Numbered from the stretch's first letter, positions 11,423-23,785 are shown. The stretch is 64,000 nt of DNA from Octopus sinensis (GCF_006345805.1 NC_043018.1:4526001-4590000); one strand, 5' to 3'. Numbers and translations are program-made. Notes: generated from the sequence alone by a model not told the origin.

Positions 11423-12308
11423 ACAACGATGTCCAAATGTCCTTCTTGTTTAAAAAGGAAAATAGTATAATTAGGAGATTTGACCGAAATTCCCTGCAGG
11501 TCCTCTGACCCCGTAGATAGAGGACCATAACTGATCTTCATCAGTGAGTGGGTGTTTGGTGAGAACTGTCCCGGCTTCATGGCAATACGTGCCAATACAC
11601 AAATATTAATTAATACAATATACTTATAGATTGAAAGCCAACGAAGGACCCAATCGCTGTGTCGGTTGAATAACCAAATACCCAGGGGATACGGGTTTCA
11701 AACTCTAGTATATGTTTCTATAAATAAATATGACAAAATCTTTGTGATCTATTTTCCTCTTCTGTTCGTGGTTATCCATATGTATGGATACGAAACCACC
11801 TTTCGAAGTCTTTATACTAGCACCTAATAAGGCTAGTGGTGCTGGTGGAGAAGGTATATGTGGTGTGTGTGTGTGTGTGTGTATACGCAAAAATATGGGT
11901 ATAAGTGTATGTATGCGTGTATACGTCAAGCAGCGGCAGCATAATTCTAGCCACATTTCACCAAGCCACCAGTTTAAACAGCCTCTCTCCCTTCCCCCTC
12001 ATGCAGCAACTAGTCTAGTTTCACTTTGCTTGTCAGCTGATAACAGCGTTGTTTCGAAACGGGCTTCGGCGCGAGCAGAGAGACCTGCCAACGAGGAAAG
12101 CCTTTACCGCGGGGCGATCGTTCCACTTGCTAGAAATAGCAGCAACATCGCCTCGAAATCATGCTATCAACCATTTTAAAGAAAAGGGAAGGGAAGAACA
12201 CATTTGGTAGTTTAGGTATTGGTAATCCTATATGAGATAGGATGGCACATGCTGGAATGTCTGTCATCTATAGAAGCCTAAGTGGCATTAAAAAACATTA
12301 TGCACACC

Positions 12309-12360
<52 letters not shown>

Positions 12361-14362
12361 GGTGGATAAACACACACACACTCGAGCGGAAGTTTTAATG
12401 TATGGTCCACTTAAAAACCCCTCATCCGGCCTTTGGGTTCCTGCAGCAAGTCTTGTTTTGAATATAACGTTCTGCCCTTTTCCAATAAATTTCGGAGATC
12501 CTTAAAAGAGTAAGGGAAGGGTGTTCCTTTAAAATTCTCTGACTAATCGATCCTCAAACAGAGCTGTCATGAAACGAGGTTCCACAACTCGCCCTCTTCC
12601 CATAAGTCAAACACAAGATTGCATTAAACAAGGTGTACATCTTTTTATCTTCTTTGAAGTCAGGACGGTAGGATTTAAGAGAGATATAACTGTAATTTCT
12701 AGCAGGTCGGAATACACCGTAGGGGTTTTATTCAGGTTTAAGACAAAGGTTTGTCCTAATAGAAAAGGTAAGTCATGAAAGACCTTCCAGCTGTGGCAAA
12801 CGCATTTAGAAAAAGATGATTAGAAATCATCAAATCAATGTCTCCTCTTAAAAGACATTGTTGTGTAATTAGATGGAAATCTGACTGCTATTTCTAACAC
12901 GTAAATGTACCACAACACACAGGGTCATGGTAAAGTCGCTGTTGTTGGGGATGTTTATTCCTAGGTCTGACTTAATAAACAAACTTTTGATCAAAGGCTT
13001 TCCAGACGTTGCCATCCTGCTTTTATATATATATACATATATATACATACATACATATACTAGATCAAATTATACAGTGCTTTCTTTATTGTTATTTTCA
13101 GACAGTAAGATGTAAGATGAGAATTTTGCTGCTATTTCTAGGTAATCGAACGACCCCTTAAAAGACTTCCATATGGTGTTTTCAAGTGGTGGTAATTGTG
13201 GTGGTGAAAAAACAAAGATGGACAATTAATGTTGATACATGTAATATCTAATATCATCTGTATCATGATCATCATTTAACGTCCGTTTTCCATGCTGGGA
13301 TGGGTTGAACAGTTTCACAGGAACTGGCCAGGCTTCACTGTCTGTTTTGGCACGGTTTTTATGGCTGGATACCTTTCCTAACACCAACCACTTTGTGTAT
13401 ATATATATATATATATATGCGTTTATGTGTGTGTATATGCGTGTATGTGTGTATGTATGTATGTATGTATGTATGTATGTATGTAGGTAGGTATGTATGT
13501 ATGTAGGTAGGTAGGTATGTATACGTATGAGTACGTGTATTGATTATTTCTGCTATCTAAGTAAAACAAACGAAATTATAAATAAACGTAGAAGATGAAT
13601 GCTAGCAATATTTATTATAATTGGCAGAGCATTCAAAAGAGAAAAGAAAAAGAAGAAAGAACTGATAGAAAAGAAGATGTTCTGTTGAAATAAGGAAGTC
13701 ATGAGATTTGTCGAAAATATATTCGACAATATGGTAATTATACAAGAAATAATATTGAATTGCTCGTCGAAACAAATAATAGAAGACGTCGATACAAGGA
13801 CGAAATAATAATGGCATTCTTACATGTAATCTTATCATTTCATTTCATGCAAATACTATATATATATATATATATAATACATACATATATATATATGTAC
13901 ATACATATATATGTACATATATATATTTACATACATTATACACAGACACACTCACACACATTATCTGCATAGATAACAGCTAACACTAACAGTTTATTAA
14001 ATATAAGGTAAATCTAAATATAAAGCTACATATTTAATTTACTATGGAGACATTATATACATACATACACGCGTACGGACGCGCAAATATATATTCACAT
14101 ATATACACTCTTACATAATCATATATATATACATATATATTCTCATACACACACACATATAAACTGAAAGGTGTAGCCATGGCTACAACTGCAAGTATAG
14201 CTGTGTGGTTTAGACATTTGCTTTCTGAAAACAAGGTTTTGGGTTCAGTCCCACCGAGTGACACCTTGGACAAGTGTTTGGTCGGTCCTTGGCTGACCAA
14301 AACTTTGTGAGTGGAGTGCTAAGTGGAAACTGAGAAAGTCTAAAGTATAGATATATATACAT

Positions 14363-14771
14363 CAGGGCCGGGGGAAATTTTCCAAGGGAAAAGGTCAGCG
14401 AATGGATCACAGGTTCGAACTCTTAAATCTGTGTAAATCTTGGATGTATCTCTGTATAATTTGATATATCATTAAATTAACGCACAACATCTTCATTAAT
14501 TCCGCCACTGGATTTAGGACGTTTATATTACTTATGAGCTAATCTTTTTTTTTCAGCTAAAGTGTAGTTGGGTCTCCAGGGGTGGTACAAACCTAGCAAA
14601 ATGTGTTTTATAGTGAAAACAAAATTTCCATTCAAATGGCAACTACCAGACGATTTCCTGACCCTTTTAAGTCGTAGTGAAAACGTGACCTAAGTCGCAA
14701 TATTTTGTACGTATGAGTATATCAGCCAACGGACACAATAAAACGCGCTGGCGGGGATTTCCTCACCCCTG
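14363..14771. mobile_element. Degenerate non-autonomous hAT element
   Basis: Termini CAGGGCCGGGGGAAAT / ATTTCCTCACCCCTG; 8-bp flanks ATATACAT / ATATACAC. Confidence 0.55.
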
Positions 14772-15059
14772 ATATACACGAATGTATGTTCGTTCTCTTT
14801 GTCTTTTCAACTTTCTAGTAAATTTCAACCGGCCACCGACTTGGTAGCAAGGTTGTAAAGGAAAGTATCTTCTATTAACCATCATCCTTTAAATTTTAAG
14901 AAAGTCTTGAAGATTTTTATAGCCCCAGATATCATGATCATTTGTAGCATAAGAATTTAGCATTTATATTCTTTTTCCATGATACCAAGTTCAGCCATAC
15001 TTTGCTCTATACAGGTTGGTAGGTATTATGTTGCTGCAATAATAATAGGTATGTGTGTG

Positions 15060-15092
<33 letters not shown>

Positions 15093-16081
15093 CATGCATG
15101 TATGCATATATGTATGACACCTTCGACAAGTTATGTGTGGGTGGGTGGGTGTGAAATCATGGGTTTTACCAGTTTTTTCCCATCTTCTGGACATTCTACC
15201 AAGTTCATTTACCATTATTGTGTAATTTTTACCAATTTCTTTGACTTTACTCTCTTCACAGAACTCATACATTTACTCTCATTTCTGAATTTTAATTTAA
15301 TCGTTTCTCCTTTTTTATAATTGCACACACACCATTCACATTTCTTCCCCCAGCGCTTATGTATGTATTTTTTTTTGAACACATAACATTCACACTTCTC
15401 CCCTTTGTTAAAAGACGTTTTCACACTCCAATGGATTCTTCTTGTACACTTGCACACACATCATTTAATACCTGGCTGTTGTTATCCCATTTGCTTCACC
15501 ATTAATTTATTCCTCACACTTGCACCCTCTCCCACCCTCTCATATACTCATCACCCACTTCATGATTACATACACACACACCAACTCTCACAACCCAACT
15601 AAGCCACATTTTCACACCTCTATACATACACATGCATCACACGAACACACACGAACACACACACACACACACACACACACCACTCTCCCATCTGTCCACT
15701 TCCAGACATGGATTCATTTTTATAGGGGCATCTACATACTTACCCTTTCTTCACTTCTTAACTACCTCCACTCCATTCCCTTCTAGCTTCGAACCCTTCA
15801 CATGTTTTATATTTTTAATTTTCTTCTTTCCCCTCATTAATTAGTTTTCCCTCTCACTCACTCTCTCTCTTTCTTTCTTTCTTCTGGTGAAGGACCAACA
15901 TCCAAAATGTATAAACACTCTCACTTGTCATTTAAACATTAAATTAATACCTTATTTGTCCAATTTTGTTCCTCCTGTGTTGTTCTGTTTGTTGTATATT
16001 GTATTTACACTATATACATATAAATATATCCTCACACAAATACACACATACAAACACACATGCATGAATGTGTGTGTGTGT

Positions 16082-16175
16082 ATGGATGGATGGATGGATA
16101 GATAGATAGATAGATGATAGATGGATAGATGGATAGATGGATGGATGGATGGATGGATGGATGGATGGATGGATG

Positions 16176-16214
<39 letters not shown>
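16082..16214. repeat. (GGAT)n/(GATA)n microsatellite; a similar (GATA)n tract lies at 17521-17665
   Basis: Direct reading. Confidence 0.95.
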
Positions 16215-16404
16215 TTTCCCTAAAGAGTAGTCAACAAATGTCAAAACAGTCAGTCAGGAGACTCTCACTTTCTCTTTTCTGAAACATCAATAATACTGAA
16301 AGAATGGTTTTACATTCTTATTCTAATTCAACATAGTCTGAGGTTTTATACATATTAAGTTTATGTATGTGTATATATATATATGTATGTATGTATGTAT
16401 GTGC

Positions 16405-16441
<37 letters not shown>

Positions 16442-16553
16442 TGTATATACATATATGCATACATGCATACGTACATACACACACATACATAAAATTGTAT
16501 ATTCATATGCACAGGCACACACGCATATGTACATATATATGTATGCATATATA

Positions 16554-16588
<35 letters not shown>

Positions 16589-17208
16589 ATGTATGTATGC
16601 ATGTATGTATGTATAATACAACATCTCCATATCTCTACACTTAGACACCTTAAGAATATAGAAATGAAAATGAAGATAGACCCAGCTGTAACATATAAAT
16701 ATATCATACTGCAGGTTTATAAATTATGAATTGACCCTTACATATTCATCTACACACCCACAGCTGCCAATACACAGAAGGCATACACCTAGACTTAATT
16801 ATATACAGGTCAGACAATAGATTTCTGAACCAAGCACTCATCTTCAGCTATAATGCTACATACATAATGATTGCTTAAAATATAAATAGTGTCATCCATT
16901 GATATTTAGGGGTCATTTCAAAAAATTCCTGGATAGTAATATATTGCGATTTCATCAGCTTTCATTTTATTTTCCTGGACAATGTCTTTCATTTTTTAAT
17001 GATTGTCTTTGTATGTGTGTGTGTATATATATATACACACACACACTCGCATTAAGCTTAATATATTCATAGTACTACGTTTGTGTGTCAGTATATATAT
17101 ATATATATACATACATACATGTTTATGTACATGTATATATAAATACTATTAAGAATAATTATATATCAATGAAGTTAATATACATACATATATACATACA
17201 CATACATC

Positions 17209-17273
<65 letters not shown>

Positions 17274-17523
17274 AGAGAGAGAGAGAGAGATGCAATGAAT
17301 GAGGGGGTGAGACATCTATAATATATACACCTAGTTTCTAACCCATCATATGTTTTATATTTTTAATTTTCATCTTTCCCCTCACTAATTAGTTTTCCCT
17401 CTCACTCACTCTCTCTCTTTCTCTCTTGTGTTTATATGTGAGTGCATCATTAACTTTTGGCATGCTTAAATCATGTATAATCCTCAAGTCATCAAGGTAC
17501 AAACCTATATACATACACACATG

Positions 17524-17595
<72 letters not shown>

Positions 17596-17631
17596 TGTTT
17601 CTTTATTAGCCACACAGGGCTGCACACAGAT

Positions 17632-17665
<34 letters not shown>

Positions 17666-18437
17666 GCAAATCTACATCTATTTGAATACATCAAACTTAT
17701 ATACATGCCCGTTCGTATGTAACACACATTCATGCATACATGCACACATATATACATACACACACTCACACAAGCACGCACATACATATATACACACATA
17801 CATTATATATATGTGCATACATTATATGTGTATTAGAGTGTGTGTGTGTAGTCAATCACATGCACACCTCCAAGAGATGCTGCCTCAATATTCAGGCGTC
17901 TACTTTTAATTTTTTTTATCCTTCCCACTTTCGCTTTCCAAATCATAATGAAGGAATGACAGAAGTAAAAAAATAATAATAACAAAACGGTGAGGCGGAA
18001 GCAAATAATAGAACGGGAATAAGAAGAAGGAAAAAAGCTGAAAGGAAAATTGGTAATTAAATAAGATGGACTGAAACACTGTCTGATCAGGTAAAGAGAA
18101 TTAGCTTATATCATATCATATTATATTATATTATATATTATATATATATATATATATATAAGTATATGAAAACCTACCTTATTTGATGGTAAGGTTGTTT
18201 CAGTTTTTCAGTATTTCTAAAATTCGTTTTGGTCTTTGTTATCTTTTTTTTTCTCTCTTCAAATCAACCCCTAAAAATAAGGGTAACTGCTAAAGCTCTA
18301 GCAGCCTTTTCTGTGTTAATAGTATGACAAACGAAGATGACTGCATTCGTTTGTCCATCTTGCTTAAAATAAGGCCTTGGCCGCACACACAGAACTGCAA
18401 GTTGCGAGCAGGAAGAGATTAATTCGTCTGTTAAGGG

Positions 18438-18735
18438 TCGCTGCTGCTGCTGCCGTTGCTGCTGCTGCTGCTGCCGTTGCTGCTGCTGCTGCTGCCGTTG
18501 TGGTGGTGGTTACTGCCGCCTGTAAGTGTCGCTGCTGCTACTACTACTACTGCTATAACTGTTGCTATTGCTGCTGCTGCTGTTACTACAACTTACTGCC
18601 GTAACTATTCCTGCTGTCGTTGTAACTGTTGCTCTTGTGTTTACTCCCACTATTGCTGCTGCTACCATTACAGCTGTTGTTAGACTCCCACTATCGCTGC
18701 TGCTGCTGCTGTGTATTGGCGGCGGCGGCGGCGGA
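18438..18735. repeat. Mosaic trinucleotide low-complexity tract (GCT/CTA/GTT/GGC)
   Basis: Direct reading; it gives poly-A/L/C/S ORFs in several frames. Confidence 0.85.
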
Positions 18736-19638
18736 GAGATAAAAACAGGGGAGATCACTCTCTCTAAATGATATTTTTAATTAATTTCGGGTTTTTTTCT
18801 GTTCTTCCTCTTGTGAAGAACCTTTGTCCTCCAACAGGAAGGACTGAGCAGGTCTCAACACCGTCACTCTGCTGCGGGCTCAATGATGATTTCTAACAAC
18901 AACAGCTTTCTAGAGCGACACCCCAACAACTAGGTGCGCCAATCTCTGGAATGTAATTGATTAGTAGGAGTAGTAGTAGTAATGGTGATGGTAGTAGTAG
19001 TAATAGTCCCCTTTTTGCTCTGATTCCGAACACTTGACGCTTTCGCCTCTTTTCCAGTCTCTTTTATTTATTTTTATACTGTGTTTAAAACGTATGCACT
19101 GTGTCATCTATATGTATGTATGTATGTATGTATGTACGGTATGATTTTTAGAAAGATTCGGCTGCTAATTACAGCGTATCAGGTGATCTAATAGAGACTA
19201 TCGTGTTGGCTCATTTTCTACCTATATACATATGTGTGTGTGTGTTAGGCACGTTTCTTGTTTACCCGAAACGAGCAGGTATGTGATCTATCGCGTGACC
19301 TCCGCTCTGGCACCTACAAACACATTATCCAACGCGTTCTATTCTAAAAGAATAGTGTGTGATTTGAGAGAAATCCTGTGTTTTTGAGCTCGTAATATAT
19401 GTAATCAAAACGATGTCTTGTGGTAGAATCGGTTGAGCAAACGTCGGACAAGATGCCCTTGAGGTATTTAATAGCCTGTGAGTTCAAATCCCGTCAAGGT
19501 CGATTTAGTTTTTCATCTTACATGGGTGATAAACTACTTGGGCATAATCCATTGTACCCTGTCCGAAAATTTTGTGATCTTGTATCTAAATTAGAAATAT
19601 GATATAGTTAAAAGGACGGTGGATAACAGAATTAAGAA

Positions 19639-19735
19639 GGCGGCCGTAAAGGATACGCACAACGCCCGTTTTCGGCGTAACCCTAAACCTAACCCTAACC
19701 CTAAACACCGGGTGTGCGTATTCTTTACCTTCGCC
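19639..19735. mobile_element. About 97-bp foldback/MITE with telomere-like CCCTAA core
   Basis: GGCG..GTAAAGGATACGCAC pairs with GTGCGTATTCTTTAC..CGCC; the centre is CCCTAAACCTAACCCTAACCCTAAA. Confidence 0.6.
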
Positions 19736-19931
19736 ATTAAGGGGTTGTTGAACAAAACACGTGTATTTAGTTTAAGTGTGTCGGGGTCAATTTTTGCTAG
19801 TCATTGCCTGGGTTAGATAAAATAAGTATTCTAAATCAAATTCTTGTACTTACATTAGTAATCACTGTATGTGTTTGGCAGTTGTGTCATTGTTATGTGT
19901 GTGCTGTTTGGCTGTGTGTATTTACCATATG

Positions 19932-19970
<39 letters not shown>

Positions 19971-20584
19971 AGTGTGTGCATTGTGTATATGTGTTTGTGA
20001 TCAAACCTGCTTTATTCAGTTACATATACCTAACGCTTATACATATCAAAACACATGCATGGGTACACGTGTACTTTTGCACAACTACCTGTTGCATTCA
20101 GGCTCAAGAAAGCTACACGTATGTCAATGTGAATGGTTAGGAAAATGCTAATGTCCGTGAAATGCTAAGTCATGTGTAAATAAGTACGGTGAATCCATCT
20201 CTCATACTCATTTCTCATCATCATCCAGTGTTTTAAATACAGGTCTTGTCCCCGTCTCTAAGTAGCAAACTATTTATCTTTAGATAGATATGTAGATAAA
20301 TAACACTTTATCTCACTTTTAACGCAGTTTATCAAGGATCAACAATACACATACAAATGCTATTTTCAGGTTTGGTTGCAAGCAATTTCAACAGTTTAAA
20401 CGAAGAACATTAATAGTGCTGAATGAGTCAATAGAACACTGGCTAATTGTGATTCTCTTTTCATTAATCTGACAAATAGGGCAAAAACTGTGCTTTGCTG
20501 AAGAGATTTGATAACGTCTGAACACTCCCAGAGTTGTTGCCCATACATACTATTAGACATTGAGATTTTGTTATATATATACAG

Positions 20585-20661
20585 AAGGATAAGATCGTTA
20601 ATTTAATTATCGATCTTAACAAGTGGCCAAGATCAATAATTAAATTAACAATTATATCCTT
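20585..20661. repeat. Long AT-rich hairpin upstream of a hammerhead motif
   Basis: AAGGATA..GTTAATTTAATTAT-CGATCTT pairs with AAGATCA-ATAATTAAATTAAC..TATCCTT. Confidence 0.75.
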
Positions 20662-20853
20662 AATTATATAAATTTGTATTTATTTCATCATTCTATTTAC
20701 TGCAGTTGATATTCTGACCATATCGCGTGAGGAGTTATAGGCGGGCAATTTAAACTGGTCGTGTGCATATATATGTATGTATACGTTCATATATGTAAGT
20801 ATTCGTATGTTATATGTATATATATATGTGTATTTATGTTACTATCTATGTAT

Positions 20854-20911
20854 ATTCCACTGATGAGGCAAAGCATTTCTTATGCAAAGCCAGAAATCCG
20901 GGATCTGGAAT
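20854..20911 (+). ncRNA. Type I hammerhead ribozyme motif
   Basis: ATTCCA-CTGATGA-GGC(aaaGCATttcttATGCaaa)GCC-A-GAAA-TCC(g)GGA-TC-TGGAAT. Helix I is 6 bp, helix II is bipartite, helix III is near-palindromic, and the predicted cleavage is after AUC at 20905. Confidence 0.8.
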
Positions 20912-21498
20912 TATCCAGTAATTTTTTTTTTTTTGCTAGTTCATCTTGTCCTTTTGTTTTCTCTCCTGGTGCTGTATGAACATTTAATGTGGTTTTAGAG
21001 TCAAGTTTTGGCTGCTATTTCCAGCGTGGAAGTATTTCTTAGATACCCTAAATTATAATTTTATATATATTTATATATATATATATATATTCTCTTATTT
21101 GTTACAGCCATTTGACTGTGGCCATGCTGGAGCACCACCTTTAGTTGATCAAACTGATCCCAGGACTTATTCTTTGTAAGCCTAGTACTTATTCTATCAT
21201 TCTCTTTTGCCAAACTGCTAATTTATGGGAACATAAACACATGAACATCGGTTGTCAAGCGATGGTGGGAGGAGAAATGCAGACACACAGCAACACACAT
21301 ATGTATAGATAGATATAAATACAACAGGCTTTTTTCAGTTTCTATCTACCAAATCCATTCACAAAGCTTTCATCAGCCTGAAGCTATAGTAGGAGACATT
21401 TACCCAAGGTGCCATGCAGTGGGATTGAACCCAGAGCCATATGGTTAGTAAGCAAGCTACTAACCACACAGCCACTCCTGCACCTAAAAAAATAGCTT

Positions 21499-21571
21499 CG
21501 CCCAACTTGGGGCTCGAACCTATGACCCCAAGATTAAGAGTCTTGTGCTCTACTGACTGAGCTAGCTGGTT
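21499..21571 (-). pseudogene. tRNA-Lys(CTT) pseudogene or degenerate copy
   Basis: Minus strand AACCAGCTAGCTCAGTCAGTAGAGCACAAGACTCTTAATCTTGGGGTCATAGGTTCGAGCCCCAAGTTGGGCG is colinear with eukaryotic tRNA-Lys-CTT. Acceptor pairs 1-2 and two T-stem pairs are broken. A T7 Pol III terminator follows 6 nt downstream. Confidence 0.8.
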
Positions 21572-22517
21572 CAAATGTATAGAAAACAAAAGAAGACAAA
21601 GATAGGTGAGGGAACAACAGCAGATCTATTAGTTTGATGCTTGAGAAAAATGGAAAAGATTTTGATGTTTTGAGTCTACACTCTTTGACAGAAAGAGATG
21701 AAAGGAAAAAAAACAAAGAGAAAAATGTGTGATGGAATCAATGGTTCCACACATACAATGGGATTCCTCACAGTTTCTATCTACCAAATTCACACACAAG
21801 GCATTGGTCGACTTTGGGGTTGAAGACACTTGCCCAAGGTGCTGCACACTAGGACTGGACCTGAATCTACATGGTTGCAAGGTGAGTTTATTAACCACTC
21901 AGCCATGTCTCTACCTCTATAATATATAGGAGCATAGGCCATTACTTGAATTACAGAACAATTCTTGCAGGTTTTATCATTGATTTACATAAAAAAAAAA
22001 TGCCAAATTAAAAAAAGAACAAAGGTTATTGAATAAACACGATTGGATTCAGTTGTTGGTTCTCATGGCAACATTCACTCTAGTGAGACAACATATTTTC
22101 TAGTTAGTACATCGCTTGAAGCAGGACTGACTGGTATTTAAACTATGCATGGAAATGTTCTCTGTGGGACAAGCAGTTTGTAGTTCAGGCTTCTGCTGCT
22201 AGAAGCCACTTGATACCATGAGCACTCTACATAAAAAGCAGATCCAGTTCCCACAATACAGACAAATTCCTTTAAGTGAACACATAAAGAAATGTGCAGG
22301 GAACATCAAACCAAATTTCAGTTTTCCCCTTCTACCAGTGCAAAGATACAGTTTCTTTAGAAGAATGTTTAAATAAAAAAATTTTCATCATAAAATACAG
22401 AACACATCTAAATATGCACACATAACCAACTTTGATCTCTTTACATATTTTAATTCGCGATTACATACCCATCACTGTGCATATTTCTCCCTACTACTCA
22501 AGTTTTTGAATTTTTGT

Positions 22518-22584
<67 letters not shown>

Positions 22585-22658
22585 GTATATATCTATATTA
22601 CGGAGATGTACCTGCATAGCAAGTGATTTGATCTGAGATCGTGTACGGAAACGAAAAC

Positions 22659-22800
22659 AATTGCAGCGTGGAAGGTGTGAACAGGTCGCAGTCTTAAAGC
22701 GCCGAAAATATTTTGACAAATTAAACTTAAATGTTGAAGTGAATCGAACGGCTTTTGTGTGTTTCTTAAATAGCTTACAAACACCTTCCACGCTGCAATT
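22659..22800. repeat. Foldback element with perfect 20-bp inverted arms embedded in (TA)n
   Basis: AATTGCAGCGTGGAAGGTGT (22659-22678) / ACACCTTCCACGCTGCAATT (22781-22800). Confidence 0.85.
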
Positions 22801-23207
22801 TTATATATATATATATATATATATATTCCTGAGCGCCATACTAATACAATTGTTTGTTTATATTCCACCTGCCTTCGTTTTTTGTTTATTTTCATAAAGC
22901 TTCCCGTTATACATATATATATATATATATCCCCTGCCCACTACCAAAAGCTGAACAATTATCTCCCCTGCCCAGAATAATAACGCTAACCAATTACCTC
23001 CCCTTAGACTTCTCTACTTGTGGCATCATTCATTCATAAACTTTACACACAACATGGACAAAAAAATTCTTCTTAAGGAAATACGTATTTAAATAAATTT
23101 TAATGTCATGATTAGCAAAAGCAAAACCGGTTGACAAACACAATACAAGATGTATTAAAAATTATATTAAAACTATGTAAAGTGTGTGCATTTTCCTTCT
23201 TTAATTT

Positions 23208-23299
<92 letters not shown>

Positions 23300-23349
23300 C
23301 ATATACCCGGGCTGCTTCCTGCATCTGTTCCGCATAGCCCTGCCCATTC

Positions 23350-23785
23350 AAAAAGCACATAAAAAGCACTATCCGAACGTGGCCAATGCCACCGCCGCCC
23401 CGACTGGCTTCTGTGCCGGTGGCACATAAAAAGCAGCATCCGAACGTGGCCGATGCCAGTGCCGCCCCGACTGGCTCCTGTGCCGGTGGCACATAAAAAG
23501 ACCATCCGAACGTTGCCAGCGCCGCCTTGGGTGGCTTCCGTGCCGCTGGCACGTTAAAAGCTCCAACCGATCGTGACCGATGCTGGACCCCCCCTGGCAC
23601 CTGTGCAGGTGGCACATAAAAAGCACCCACTACACTCGCGGAGTGGTTGGCGTTAGGAAGTGCAACCAGCCATAGAAACTCTGCCAGATCAGACTGGAGC
23701 CTGGAGCAGCCCCTGGCTTCCCAGACCCCGGTCGAACCGTCCAACCCGTGCTAGCGCGAAAAACGGATGTTAAACGATGATGATA
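23350..23785 (+). mobile_element. RTE-LINE 3'-UTR-derived repeat with about 5 tandem 55-66-nt internal units and (GAT)n tail
   Basis: Repeated GGCAC(A/G)TAAAAAGCAC...GTGCC modules, then CACCCACTACACTC...GTTAAACGATGATGAT. The same tail is attached to the RTE ORF at 58437-59830. Confidence 0.75.

Noticed and set aside
11480-11545. CTGATGA on the minus strand near small hairpins (possible hammerhead)
   Set aside because: There is no GAAA after helix II and no helix I complement.
22130-22350. Possible degenerate C2H2 zinc-finger coding relic (YAWKCSLWDKQF..SHL)
   Set aside because: The second Cys and terminal His are missing, there are several stops, and there is no TGEKP linker; too weak to call.
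23350-23640. Repeat-spacer-like array resembling CRISPR
   Set aside because: The spacers are homologous to one another, and the array is part of the RTE 3'-UTR repeat seen attached to a LINE at 58437-59830.
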